In this document: in pieces, positions 10,707 through 20,971 of the stretch
How positions within the stretch are numbered: position 1 is the stretch's first letter
How the letters are laid out: every line of letters begins with the position of its first letter
DNA from: Escherichia phage vB-Eco-KMB22
Sequence record: OR539217.1
Direction: 5' to 3' (one strand)
DNA length: 64,000 nucleotides
The notes under the pieces: generated by a model
What the model saw: only the letters and a program-made list of their open reading frames with translations
What the model was told of the DNA's origin: nothing
Databases searched by the model: none
Program-made: the position numbers and the translations under genes

Positions 10707-11881
10707 TGAGTATGTTGCAACGCCCAGGATATCCAAATCTCAGCGTTAAATTATTTGATAGCTACGACGCTTGGAGTAATAATAGATTTGTTGAATTAGC
10801 TGCTACTATTACCACATTAACTATGCGGGATTCTCTTTATGGCCGAAATGAAGGAATGCTGCAGTTTTATGATTCTAAAAATATCCATACAAAAATGGAT
10901 GGAAATGAAATAATTCAGATTTCTGTAGCTAATGCAAACGATATTAATAATGTTAAAACACGAATTTATGGATGTAAGCATTTTTCAGTGTCAGTAGATT
11001 CAAAGGGTGATAACATCATTGCTATTGAATTGGGAACTATTCATTCTATAGAAAATCTTAAATTTGGCAGACCGTTTTTTTCTGATGCAGGTGAATCTAT
11101 AAAGGAAATGCTTGGTGTCATTTATCAGGATCGCACGTTATTAACTCCAGCAATAAATGCTATAAATGCTTATGTTCCTGATATTCCATGGACTAGCACA
11201 TTTGAAAACTATTTGTCGTATGTCAGGGAAGTTGCTCTAGCTGTAGGAAGTGACAAATTTGTATTTGTGTGGCAAGACATCATGGGAGTTAACATGATGG
11301 ACTATGATATGATGATAAATCAAGAACCGTATCCAATGATTGTCGGTGAGCCATCTTTAATAGGTCAATTCATCCAAGAATTAAAATATCCATTAGCATA
11401 TGATTTCGTTTGGTTGACTAAATCGAATCCTCATAAACGTGACCCAATGAAAAACGCTACTATCTATGCGCATTCATTTTTGGATTCTTCATTGCCAATG
11501 ATTACTACAGGAAAGGGAGAAAACTCTATTGTAGTGTCAAGGTCAGGTGCTTATTCTGAAATGACTTATAGGAATGGATATGAAGAAGCTATTCGTCTTC
11601 AAACTATGGCACAATACGATGGTTATGCTAAATGTTCTACTGTCGGTAATTTTAACTTGACTCCTGGCGTTAAAATTATTTTTAATGATAGTAAAAACCA
11701 ATTTAAAACAGAATTTTACGTTGATGAAGTTATCCACGAATTATCTAATAATAATTCAGTAACTCATCTATATATGTTCACTAATGCAACGAAACTGGAA
11801 ACAATAGACCCAGTTAAGGTTAAAAATGAATTTAAATCTGATACTACCACTGAAGAAAGTAGTTCTTCCAATAAGCAATAA
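10706..11881 (+). CDS. 27: baseplate hub protein gp27
   Basis: 391 aa, position and length as T4 gp27. Confidence 0.9.
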   Translation: MSMLQRPGYPNLSVKLFDSYDAWSNNRFVELAATITTLTMRDSLYGRNEGMLQFYDSKNIHTKMDGNEIIQISVANANDINNVKTRIYGCKHFSVSVDSKGDNIIAIELGTIHSIENLKFGRPFFSDAGESIKEMLGVIYQDRTLLTPAINAINAYVPDIPWTSTFENYLSYVREVALAVGSDKFVFVWQDIMGVNMMDYDMMINQEPYPMIVGEPSLIGQFIQELKYPLAYDFVWLTKSNPHKRDPMKNATIYAHSFLDSSLPMITTGKGENSIVVSRSGAYSEMTYRNGYEEAIRLQTMAQYDGYAKCSTVGNFNLTPGVKIIFNDSKNQFKTEFYVDEVIHELSNNNSVTHLYMFTNATKLETIDPVKVKNEFKSDTTTEESSSSNKQ

Positions 11882-12359
11882 AGAAGTTTCTATTCCTAAA
11901 ATGGGTCTTAAACATTATAACATTTTAAAAGATGTTAAAGGTCCTGATGAAAATTTAAAACTTCTTATTGATTCTATTTGTCCGAATTTATCACCAGCAG
12001 AAGTTGATTTCGTTTCCATTCATTTATTGGAATTTAATGGAAAGATTAAATCTCGTAAAGAAATAGATGGTTATACTTATGACATTAATGATGTTTATGT
12101 ATGCCAAAGATTGGAATTTCAATACCAAGGAAATACATTTTATTTTAGACCGCCTGGAAAATTTGAACAATTTTTAACTGTGAGCGATATGTTATCCAAA
12201 TGCTTGCTTAAGGTCAATGATGAAGTTAAAGAAATTAATTTTCTTGAGATGCCAGCATTCGTTTTAAAATGGGCAAATGATATTTTTACAACTTTAGCAA
12301 TTCCTGGCCCTAATGGTCCAATAACTGGAATTGGTAATATTATTGGATTATTTGAATGA
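11826..12359 (+). CDS. 28: baseplate hub distal subunit gp28
   Basis: 177 aa, overlaps end of 27. Confidence 0.85.
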   Translation: MNLNLILPLKKVVLPISNKEVSIPKMGLKHYNILKDVKGPDENLKLLIDSICPNLSPAEVDFVSIHLLEFNGKIKSRKEIDGYTYDINDVYVCQRLEFQYQGNTFYFRPPGKFEQFLTVSDMLSKCLLKVNDEVKEINFLEMPAFVLKWANDIFTTLAIPGPNGPITGIGNIIGLFE

Positions 12360-14128
12360 AAAAGCCACAAGAAATGCAAACGATGCGTAGAAAAGTTATT
12401 TCAGATAATAAACCAACACAGGAAGCGGCTAAATCCGCTTCCAACACTTTATCTGGACTTAACGATATATCTACGAAATTGGATGATGCTCAAGCTGCTT
12501 CTGAATTAATTGCTCAAACTGTCGAAGAAAAATCAAATGAAATAATTGGAGCAATTGACGGTGTAGAAAGCGCAGTGAGTGATACTACTGCTGGTTCTGA
12601 GTTAATTGCCGAAACTGTCGAAATTGGCAATAATATTAATAAAGAAATCGGTGAATCGCTCGGAAGTAAATTAGATAAATTAACGAGTTTACTCGAGCAA
12701 AAAATTCAGACAGCTGGAATTCAACAAACAGGAACTAGTTTAGCTACGGTTGAAAGCGCTATTCCTGTTAAAGTTGTTGAGGACGATACAGCTGAATCTG
12801 TGGGTCCTTTATTACCGGCTCCTGAAGCAGTTAATAATGATCCTGATGCTGATTTTTTCCCTACCCCTCAGCCAGTTGAACCTAAACAAGAATCGCCAGA
12901 AGAAAAACAGAAAAAAGACGCATTTAACTTAAAATTATCTCAAGCTTTAGATAAATTAACAAAGACTGTTGATTTCGGATTTAAGAAATCTATTTCAATT
13001 ACTGATAAAATATCAAGCATGCTATTTAAGTATACCGTCAGTGCTGCTATTGAAGCTGCTAAAATGACAGCAATGATATTGGCTGTTGTTGTCGGAATAG
13101 ACCTGTTGATGGTTCATTTCAAATATTGGTCAGATAAATTTTCACAGGCTTGGGATTTGTTTAGTTCAAACTTTACTAAATTCTCTAGTGAAACAGGAAC
13201 ATGGGGTCCTTTATTACAGAGCATCTTTAGTTCTATTGATGAAATTAAAAAATTCTGGGAAGAGGGAGATTGGGGCGGTTTGACGGTAGCTATTGTAGAA
13301 GGGCTTGGAAAGGTTCTTTATAATTTAGGAGAACTTATTCAGCTTGGAATGGCTAAATTATCTGCTGCAATTCTTCGAGTCATTCCTGGCATGAAGGATA
13401 CCGCTGATGAAGTAGAAGGAAGAGCACTAGAAAATTTCCAAAATTCTACTGGAGCATCTCTCAATAAAGAAGACCAGGAAAAAGTTGCAAATTATCAAGA
13501 TAAACGAATGAACGGAGACCTTGGTCCGATAGCAAAAGGATTAGATAAAATTGCTAATTGGAAAACTCGTGCATCTAACTGGATTCGTGGCGTTGATAAT
13601 AAAGAAGCACTAACTACCGACGAAGAACGTGCAGCAGAAGAAGAAAAATTAAAGCAACTTTCACCAGAAGAAAGAAAAAATGCTTTAATGAAGGCTAATG
13701 AAGCTCGGGCCGCGATGATTCGTTTTGAAAAATATGCTGATTCAGCTGATATGAGTAAAGACTCAACGGTTAAATCAGTTGAAGCTGCCTATGAAGACCT
13801 TAAAAAACGGATGGATGACCCGGATTTAAATAATTCACCGGCAGTTAAAAAAGAACTTGCTGCTAGATTTTCTAAAATTGATGCTACTTATCAAGAGCTC
13901 AAGAAAAATCAGCCTAATGCCAAACCTGAAACTTCTGCTAAATCGCCAGAAGCAAAACAAGTCCAGGTAATAGAAAAGAACAAAGCACAGCAAGCTCCTG
14001 TTCAACAAGCATCTCCTTCGATCAATAATACTAATAATGTTATTAAGAAAAATACTGTCGTTCATAATATGACACCCGTAACGAGCACGACTGCTCCTGG
14101 TGTATTTGATGCGACTGGAGTTAATTAA
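12356..14128 (+). CDS. 29: tail tube initiator / tape measure protein gp29
   Basis: 590 aa, position and length. Confidence 0.9.
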   Translation: MKKPQEMQTMRRKVISDNKPTQEAAKSASNTLSGLNDISTKLDDAQAASELIAQTVEEKSNEIIGAIDGVESAVSDTTAGSELIAETVEIGNNINKEIGESLGSKLDKLTSLLEQKIQTAGIQQTGTSLATVESAIPVKVVEDDTAESVGPLLPAPEAVNNDPDADFFPTPQPVEPKQESPEEKQKKDAFNLKLSQALDKLTKTVDFGFKKSISITDKISSMLFKYTVSAAIEAAKMTAMILAVVVGIDLLMVHFKYWSDKFSQAWDLFSSNFTKFSSETGTWGPLLQSIFSSIDEIKKFWEEGDWGGLTVAIVEGLGKVLYNLGELIQLGMAKLSAAILRVIPGMKDTADEVEGRALENFQNSTGASLNKEDQEKVANYQDKRMNGDLGPIAKGLDKIANWKTRASNWIRGVDNKEALTTDEERAAEEEKLKQLSPEERKNALMKANEARAAMIRFEKYADSADMSKDSTVKSVEAAYEDLKKRMDDPDLNNSPAVKKELAARFSKIDATYQELKKNQPNAKPETSAKSPEAKQVQVIEKNKAQQAPVQQASPSINNTNNVIKKNTVVHNMTPVTSTTAPGVFDATGVN

Positions 14129-14136
14129 GGAATAAT

Positions 14137-15231
14137 ATGGCAATTGTTAAAGAAATAACTGCTGATTTAATTAAAAAGTCCGGTGAGAAAATTTCAGCCG
14201 GACAGAGTACTAAATCAGAAGTAGCAACTAAAACATACACTGCCCAGTTTCCAACTGGGCGTGCTAGTGGTAATGACACTACAGGGGACTTCCAGGTAAC
14301 AGATCTATATAAGAATGGATTATTATTTACTGCATACAATATGTCATCTAGGGATTCTGGAAGTCTTAGATCGATGAGATCTAACTACTCTTCTTCATCT
14401 TCGAGTATTTTAAGTACAGCTAGAAACACTATTAGTAGTACAGTATCAAAACTATCAAATGGATTAATATCAAATAATAATTCAGGAACAATAAGTAAAG
14501 CTCCTGTCGCAAACATTCTTTTACCGAGATCTAAATCTGATGTTGATACATCATCACATAGATTTAATGATGTTCAAGAAAGTCTTATCAGTAGAGGTGG
14601 AGGCACTGCTACCGGTGTGCTAAGTAATATTGCTTCAACTGCAGTATTTGGGGCATTGGAAAGTATAACACAAGGTATAATGGCTGATAATAATGAACAG
14701 ATTTATACGACAGCCAGAAGTATGTATGGTGGTGCCGAAAATAGAACTAAAGTGTTTACATGGGATTTGACTCCACGTTCAACAGAAGATTTAATGGCTA
14801 TTATTAATATCTATCAATATTTTAACTATTTTTCTTATGGTGAAACGGGTAAATCTCAATATGCTGCTGAAATAAAGGGGTATTTAGATGATTGGTATCG
14901 TTCTACGTTAATTGAACCTTTATCTCCGGAAGACGCAGCTAAAAATAAAACACTATTTGAGAAAATGACATCGAGTTTAACTAACGTTCTAGTGGTTTCA
15001 AACCCGACAATTTGGATGGTGAAAAACTTTGGTGCAACATCTAAGTTTGATGGAAAAACGGAAATATTTGGCCCATGCCAAATACAAAGCATCAGATTTG
15101 ATAAAACACCTAATGGTAACTTTAACGGATTAGCTATTGCTCCAAACCTCCCTAGTACATTTACTCTCGAGATTACTATGAGAGAAATTATTACGTTAAA
15201 CCGTGCTTCTTTATATGCGGGGACTTTTTAA
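14137..15231 (+). CDS. 48: baseplate-tail tube junction protein gp48
   Basis: 364 aa, position. Confidence 0.9.
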   Translation: MAIVKEITADLIKKSGEKISAGQSTKSEVATKTYTAQFPTGRASGNDTTGDFQVTDLYKNGLLFTAYNMSSRDSGSLRSMRSNYSSSSSSILSTARNTISSTVSKLSNGLISNNNSGTISKAPVANILLPRSKSDVDTSSHRFNDVQESLISRGGGTATGVLSNIASTAVFGALESITQGIMADNNEQIYTTARSMYGGAENRTKVFTWDLTPRSTEDLMAIINIYQYFNYFSYGETGKSQYAAEIKGYLDDWYRSTLIEPLSPEDAAKNKTLFEKMTSSLTNVLVVSNPTIWMVKNFGATSKFDGKTEIFGPCQIQSIRFDKTPNGNFNGLAIAPNLPSTFTLEITMREIITLNRASLYAGTF

Positions 15232-16196
15232 TGTATTCTTTAGAGGAATTTAATAATCAAGCAATAAACGCAGATTTCCAACGTAATAATATGTTTAGCT
15301 GCGTTTTTGCGACAACTCCATCAACTAAAAGCTCTTCGTTGATAAGTTCAATTAGCAACTTTTCTTATAATAACTTGGGCCTAAATTCAGATTGGCTAGG
15401 ATTAACTCAAGGTGATATTAATCAGGGAATTACCACGCTAATTACAGCTGGCACACAAAAACTGATAAGAAAATCAGGGGTTAGTAAATATCTTATTGGT
15501 GCCATGAGTCAACGTACAGTTCAAAGTTTATTGGGCTCATTTACAGTTGGTACATATTTAATTGACTTCTTTAACATGGCATATAACTCATCTGGATTGA
15601 TGATATACTCTGTAAAAATGCCAGAGAATAGATTATCCTATGAAACTGATTGGAACTATAATTCTCCTAATATTCGTATAACTGGGAGAGAATTAGACCC
15701 TTTGGTTATTTCATTTAGAATGGATTCAGAAGCTTGTAACTATCGTGCAATGCAAGACTGGGTTAACTCCGTTCAAGACCCAGTAACTGGACTGCGTGCT
15801 TTGCCACAAGATGTCGAGGCAGATATTCAGGTTAATCTTCATTCTCGCAATGGATTACCTCATACTGCGGTGATGTTCACAGGATGCATTCCAATATCAG
15901 TGAGCGCTCCTGAGTTATCATATGATGGAGATAACCAAATAACTACATTTGATGTTACTTTTGCGTACAGAGTGATGCAGGCTGGAGCAGTTGATAGGCA
16001 AGCTGCGCTTGAATGGCTTGAATCTGCTGCTATAAATGGTATTCAAAGCGTTCTCGGAAATAGTGGAGGTGTTACTGGACTATCTAATTCGCTTTCACGA
16101 CTTAGTAGATTAGGAGGGACTGCTGGAAGCATTTCAAACATTAATACTATGACAGGAATTGTTAATTCGCAGAGTAAAATATTAGGAGCAATATAA
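15231..16196 (+). CDS. 54: baseplate-tail tube initiator gp54
   Basis: 321 aa, gp48/gp54 paralog pair, followed by strong hairpin. Confidence 0.9.
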   Translation: MYSLEEFNNQAINADFQRNNMFSCVFATTPSTKSSSLISSISNFSYNNLGLNSDWLGLTQGDINQGITTLITAGTQKLIRKSGVSKYLIGAMSQRTVQSLLGSFTVGTYLIDFFNMAYNSSGLMIYSVKMPENRLSYETDWNYNSPNIRITGRELDPLVISFRMDSEACNYRAMQDWVNSVQDPVTGLRALPQDVEADIQVNLHSRNGLPHTAVMFTGCIPISVSAPELSYDGDNQITTFDVTFAYRVMQAGAVDRQAALEWLESAAINGIQSVLGNSGGVTGLSNSLSRLSRLGGTAGSISNINTMTGIVNSQSKILGAI

Positions 16197-16198
16197 CA

Positions 16199-16222
16199 AT
16201 GGGGACCTTTCGGTCCCCATAT
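16199..16222. terminator. bidirectional hairpin after gene 54
   Basis: ggggacc-tttc-ggtcccc between convergent genes. Confidence 0.75.
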
Positions 16223-16224
16223 TT

Positions 16225-16515
16225 TTATTTACGGAATGAAATGAAAGCAGAAACTGAAGCAACTAAACTGTCTTCAATATAAACTTCAATTTTTACCGGA
16301 GCTTCTGACTCGAATTTACCTGTTACTACACCTTGGAAAATACTTTCAGTTTGTTCTGGCTTTGAAAAATTTTCAGAAGGAAAAATTCCGAACTTTTTAT
16401 CTGTTCCAAAAATTTTGATAAATTCATCATAAACTGCTTCATTAAAAGCATTATCAGCAGGAATAACGCCTTCAACTACAAGTTCTTGACCTAAAAAGCG
16501 CAAAGAAGATTTCAT
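16225..16515 (-). CDS. hypothetical early protein
   Basis: 96-aa ORF with GAGGAA SD; early promoter immediately upstream (16547-16576). Confidence 0.6.
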   Translation of the reverse strand: MKSSLRFLGQELVVEGVIPADNAFNEAVYDEFIKIFGTDKKFGIFPSENFSKPEQTESIFQGVVTGKFESEAPVKIEVYIEDSLVASVSAFISFRK

Positions 16516-16546
16516 TTTGTGTTCCTCATGTTATGTCAGTAAGACT

Positions 16547-16576
16547 ACTATAACACAACACGAGGGACTTGTAAAC
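16547..16576 (-). promoter_or_regulatory. early (sigma70-type) promoter GTTTACA-17-TATAGT
   Basis: -35/-10 spacing and 54-bp near-identity with 32333-32386. Confidence 0.7.
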
Positions 16577-18633
16577 TACATCTTGAACTTTTTAGACATT
16601 CCGTTGATGTTAACCAAAGAAGCCAAGATTTGAGAAACTTCGTTTTCCTCTTCTTTTGATTCTTCTACAAGGAATTGATTAAATCCAGCCATTGGACGAA
16701 CTTCACCAGTTTCCATTAAATGGTCGCCATCATATACTGATTCTTCTAATTGTTCAGAAGGAGGAACGATTGTACCTTCTATTAGATACTTGTTATAAGC
16801 AGTTTCTTTCATAAAGTACGTACTTACTTTATTAATCTTCAGTAAAATTCCACGCGGTAGAATAACTTCAGCTTCTGATGGAAATCCTGATAAATGACCT
16901 GGAACGATAACTTTGATTCGCTCAGCTCCTTTAATTACCATACCCACGCTAGTTTCAGCATCTTCAATGGCATATGTAGAATGACTACCCATATGCATTA
17001 AATCTTCTGCATCAACGGAACCTTCTCCTTCGCCAGAAAATACTGCGCCGGAATCATCTAGAGCCATATAGTTTTTACCATGCTCACCGAAGATATTTGG
17101 TTTAAGTGATGTCGATACGAAGTTCTTGAAATAGAACATTTTGTTTTCAATGTTATGACGCAAAGTTTTAAAGGTAACTTCTTGTCCACGGTAAAGTGTA
17201 GTTCCTGGAGGAAGAACTGATCCTTTGGCAAAGGCAGAATCCAACGTCTCGATGTGCTTAATAGCTCGTTCCATATATTCTTCACGGGTAGAATCTGGTT
17301 TACCCAAAAGGAACGAGTTCATTTCAACATATGAATCTGCACAATAATCTTCAATTACATCAGATTCAGCTTGGGTTAATCCTTTTGGAGTTACTTCGGT
17401 GCTTGCGTATTCATATGCCTGGGCAGCAGATTCATTAATCAATTTATAAATGCCATTCATGACAAATTGAATAATAGCTGTCTTTTCATCTGGCGTAGCT
17501 TTAGAACCTTTAACTAAATCATTAATAATTTTCTTAATAACATCAAAGCTATTAGAAATATTAATGTCAGCAAGATCGCTTAAAATTTTATCAGTTTTAT
17601 AATCAAAGAATTCTTTATTCTTTAAATATTCTTGAGAACCTTGATATGTTATATCGCTCTGCAACTTGATAGATGGATCACGTAAACGTGCATGGGCTAA
17701 TGCAATATGATTTCGGAAGTTTTCTAGTTCATAATCGTTAGATTTAAAACGAGAAGCACTTCTCATACCACCGATAGCTCCTTTGCTAAAGTTTGAACCA
17801 ATCTGGATAACCCCGGAGTTCATCGGACCTTCTGCTTTATATACCGGAACTTTAGATTCAAACTCTTGATATTTCTTGACAGCGAAGCTATCACCCTGGA
17901 GTGAAGCATCAACAGTAGAATATTGAGCTTGTGCTGCTAATCGACGACTAATTTTAGTTTTCTGAATAACAGCTTGATCCGTGCGCTTATCATTTTCTAA
18001 AGCAATAGAAGCAGCAACAGCAACAGCTTTAGGAACAGCATTACCTGTTTTAACGTCTACATAAACATCACCAACCTTTGATTCAACTTTTGTGAATAAC
18101 TCAGTTGAAATAGGAGGTACACCTGGAATGTCTTCTAAATTGGCATTTTTACGGTAAACCATAATATATGCATATTTCTTATCATAGTCCCAGATTTCCT
18201 TTAAGAGAACATATCGACCTGCTCCTTTAGTACGTACTAAACGGTCAGCAATAACTTGCATTTGACGAGCTGCGCCATTTGTTTTACTCTTTAGTACGCG
18301 GAATAGGCATGCGTCGATTTTATACTGTTTCATTGTTTGAAGAGCAGTATCAAAAACAGCATTAATGACGCCAATTGGATTTCCACCCAAGTTTCTAAGC
18401 TTAACCAGCGATAATTTCTCGTTGACACCTATCATTACGATATGCATCATTTTATCGCCCGGCTTAACGTTTTTATTTGTATCACCGCCAGAGGTGTATG
18501 TACAAAATCTAAATCCAGGAAGCACGCTTTCTTCACCGGCTTGAATAGCAAAAATTTGAGGTATTTTATGCTTAGGATTTAAGTTAACAACCGGCGCCGA
18601 AGCGCCGTCAAATAATTCTGTAATAAGTTCCAT
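16576..18633 (-). CDS. Alt-family mono-ADP-ribosyltransferase paralog
   Basis: 685 aa; N-terminal ~235 aa closely parallel the downstream Alt (MELITELFD...); C-terminal region has ART R / STS / EAE motifs (LYRGQ, FVSTSL, EAEVILPRG). Confidence 0.8.
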   Translation of the reverse strand: MELITELFDGASAPVVNLNPKHKIPQIFAIQAGEESVLPGFRFCTYTSGGDTNKNVKPGDKMMHIVMIGVNEKLSLVKLRNLGGNPIGVINAVFDTALQTMKQYKIDACLFRVLKSKTNGAARQMQVIADRLVRTKGAGRYVLLKEIWDYDKKYAYIMVYRKNANLEDIPGVPPISTELFTKVESKVGDVYVDVKTGNAVPKAVAVAASIALENDKRTDQAVIQKTKISRRLAAQAQYSTVDASLQGDSFAVKKYQEFESKVPVYKAEGPMNSGVIQIGSNFSKGAIGGMRSASRFKSNDYELENFRNHIALAHARLRDPSIKLQSDITYQGSQEYLKNKEFFDYKTDKILSDLADINISNSFDVIKKIINDLVKGSKATPDEKTAIIQFVMNGIYKLINESAAQAYEYASTEVTPKGLTQAESDVIEDYCADSYVEMNSFLLGKPDSTREEYMERAIKHIETLDSAFAKGSVLPPGTTLYRGQEVTFKTLRHNIENKMFYFKNFVSTSLKPNIFGEHGKNYMALDDSGAVFSGEGEGSVDAEDLMHMGSHSTYAIEDAETSVGMVIKGAERIKVIVPGHLSGFPSEAEVILPRGILLKINKVSTYFMKETAYNKYLIEGTIVPPSEQLEESVYDGDHLMETGEVRPMAGFNQFLVEESKEEENEVSQILASLVNINGMSKKFKM

Positions 18634-18636
18634 GAT

Positions 18637-20733
18637 TTATCCTTGAACGAACTTGTAAGGCATGTTTGTAATATCTATGCAAGACGCAATAATTCCAAGA
18701 GATGATTCTACTTTCTGTTTAACATTTGATGAAACAAATGATGCAAAGTCAACTCTGTCTTCTATTTCAATATCACCTGTCATTGCAACTACTTCACCGG
18801 TTTCCATTAAATGGTCTCCGTCATAGATTACCGATTCGGTGAGCTCTTCCGTGGTCATAACTTCAGCTTGAATGAGTTTTGTATTATTAGATGTTGTTCC
18901 GTCATTATTAGAAGCATCAGTTATTTTATTAACTTTGACCATCAATCCACGCGGTAGAATAACTTCAGCTTCTGTTGCTATTCCGAGACTTCCTGGATAT
19001 ACAACATTAACTTTATGAGCTCCATCAATTGCCCATCCTATTTGAACTTTAACGTATTCAGGATTTTCTTTATACGCTCTTATTTCGTTTGGATTAATAG
19101 TTATTCCTTCTTCATTTTTATCAACTGTTAATTCATTGCGAGCTTCTGGTTCTAAAAGACCAATACCAGCATGTGTGATTCCAAAACGTCCAAAAATGAT
19201 AGGAGTTAAAGAAGTAGATACAAAATTTCTGAAGTAGAACACTTTATTTTTAACTAACGCTTCATATATAGGAGCAGTCATACTTTGAGCACGATAAACT
19301 GTAATGCCTTCTGGTATACGGTCACCATTTTCAAAAGCTGAATCTAAGTTATTTATAGCAGATTCAATTTCTTTTTCACTCATTACATCATATCGTTCTG
19401 GATTGTAACGACCTAAAAGAAGATTATTGATGTCAGTATATCCTGAACCGCAATATTCTCTAATGCCACGCTTTTGTGATGGAGTATATTTAGAACCATC
19501 GCGGGCAATAGTAATATCAATCATTGGACCAGCACCAATTCCAGAAAAACTGTAAATCATTCGTTTGAGGAATTTAGTTTTTGCTGCGTTCCAGGAATTT
19601 TTAGTCATTTCTTCCCAGACTTCATCTGGCTGCCCTTTACGAGTTTTATTATGTTTATCAAGCCAATTATCTTTATATTCTTCAAAGAGTTGATTAACAG
19701 CTGCTGCGTATTTCTCTAAACATTTTATTGAAGTAGTTGGTTCATTTTTAATCGCATTAAGAATTACATCTTTAATTTTTTCAGAAACTTCATTAACCTC
19801 ACTTTTTGAAAAGAATTTATAGTCATAATGAAGTTCATCTGCGGTTCCTTCGGCAATAATTTTTGCTGCCTTAGTTTTAGAAGCTAATGAATTAATTCCA
19901 AGTTTCATTTCTTCTGCTTCGGGAATTAAAGGAGCGGTAGCAGGTTTATTGAAATTAGCTGCGGTAGATTCATATTTCTGGAATAATTCACTTTCAAATC
20001 TAGAAGATTCCAATGACTGACTTTGTGCAATTGCTCTACGGGAAATTTTAACTTTAACGATTACAGCTTGGTCAGAACGTTTATCATTTTCTTGTGCAAT
20101 AGATGCAGCAATTGCCTCATTTTTAGTTACTTGAGCTCCAGTATCTTTATTGATATAAACATCACCGACCTTCGATTCAACTTTAGTAAAGAGCTCGGTG
20201 CTAATTTCCGGAACTCCTGGAATGTCTTCTAGTGATACATTTTTGCGATGTATAAGAATATATGCATACTTTTTATCGTAATCCCAGAGTTCCTTAAGAA
20301 GGACGTATCTGCCACCTGAACGACTGCGGATAAGTCTATCAGCAATAAGTTGAATTTGACGAGCTTGACCAGCAGTTTTAGACTTAAGAATACGGAGCAT
20401 ACAGGCATCAATTTTATACTGACGCATCGTCTGCATCGCAACAGTAAAAACTGAATTGATGTAATTAATTGGGCTTGGACCGAGACCTTTTAATTTAGCA
20501 ATTGAACCTTTAGCAGTTAATGTAAAAGGAACAATATGCATCATTTTATCGCCCATCTTTAAATCGCGATTAGTATCACCTCCAGATGTATAGGTACATA
20601 AACGAAAGCCTGGTTGTTCAATTGCGTCATCAACACGAACTGAAAAAATTTGCGGTATTTTCTTCTTTGGATTTAAGTTTGTAATCGGAAGAGTAGTATC
20701 TTCGTCAAATAATTCTGTAATAAGTTCCATCAT
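18637..20733 (-). CDS. alt: Alt ADP-ribosyltransferase (head-packaged, injected)
   Basis: 698 aa; MELITE N-terminal propeptide; R-STS-EXE motifs; late promoter TATAAATA upstream at 20754-20761. Confidence 0.85.
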   Translation of the reverse strand: MMELITELFDEDTTLPITNLNPKKKIPQIFSVRVDDAIEQPGFRLCTYTSGGDTNRDLKMGDKMMHIVPFTLTAKGSIAKLKGLGPSPINYINSVFTVAMQTMRQYKIDACMLRILKSKTAGQARQIQLIADRLIRSRSGGRYVLLKELWDYDKKYAYILIHRKNVSLEDIPGVPEISTELFTKVESKVGDVYINKDTGAQVTKNEAIAASIAQENDKRSDQAVIVKVKISRRAIAQSQSLESSRFESELFQKYESTAANFNKPATAPLIPEAEEMKLGINSLASKTKAAKIIAEGTADELHYDYKFFSKSEVNEVSEKIKDVILNAIKNEPTTSIKCLEKYAAAVNQLFEEYKDNWLDKHNKTRKGQPDEVWEEMTKNSWNAAKTKFLKRMIYSFSGIGAGPMIDITIARDGSKYTPSQKRGIREYCGSGYTDINNLLLGRYNPERYDVMSEKEIESAINNLDSAFENGDRIPEGITVYRAQSMTAPIYEALVKNKVFYFRNFVSTSLTPIIFGRFGITHAGIGLLEPEARNELTVDKNEEGITINPNEIRAYKENPEYVKVQIGWAIDGAHKVNVVYPGSLGIATEAEVILPRGLMVKVNKITDASNNDGTTSNNTKLIQAEVMTTEELTESVIYDGDHLMETGEVVAMTGDIEIEDRVDFASFVSSNVKQKVESSLGIIASCIDITNMPYKFVQG

Positions 20734-20753
20734 AGCCTCTCTAGTGTTTATTC

Positions 20754-20761
20754 TATTTATA
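20754..20761 (-). promoter_or_regulatory. late promoter TATAAATA for alt
   Basis: exact match on - strand upstream of alt ATG. Confidence 0.65.
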
Positions 20762-20765
20762 AAAT

Positions 20766-20787
20766 TAAAGGCCCGAAGGCCTTTAAT
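20766..20787 (-). terminator. CUUCGG hairpin upstream of alt late promoter
   Basis: aaaggcc-cgaa-ggccttt (UUCG on - strand). Confidence 0.6.
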
Positions 20788-20971
20788 AATCTATTGGTAA
20801 GAGAGTACGATATATTTCAAACTTTGGGCCTTTTTCATAAGCATCAAAAGTTTCTGTGAATTTATTATAAGCATATGCATCTATAAATTCAATCATGATT
20901 TGTGATACAGAAGTAGAAACATCTCCACCTTCTTTTTGAGCCACGACAATTGTTTCTAAGTAAGCTTTCAT
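20783..20971 (-). CDS. hypothetical small protein
   Basis: 62-aa ORF between ligase and alt. Confidence 0.5.
   Translation of the reverse strand: MKAYLETIVVAQKEGGDVSTSVSQIMIEFIDAYAYNKFTETFDAYEKGPKFEIYRTLLPIDY

Noticed and set aside
11826-11881. Possible programmed frameshift at the gp27/gp28 overlap
   Set aside because: gp28 has its own ATG within the overlap and no slippery heptamer was seen; ordinary overlapping genes are the simpler explanation
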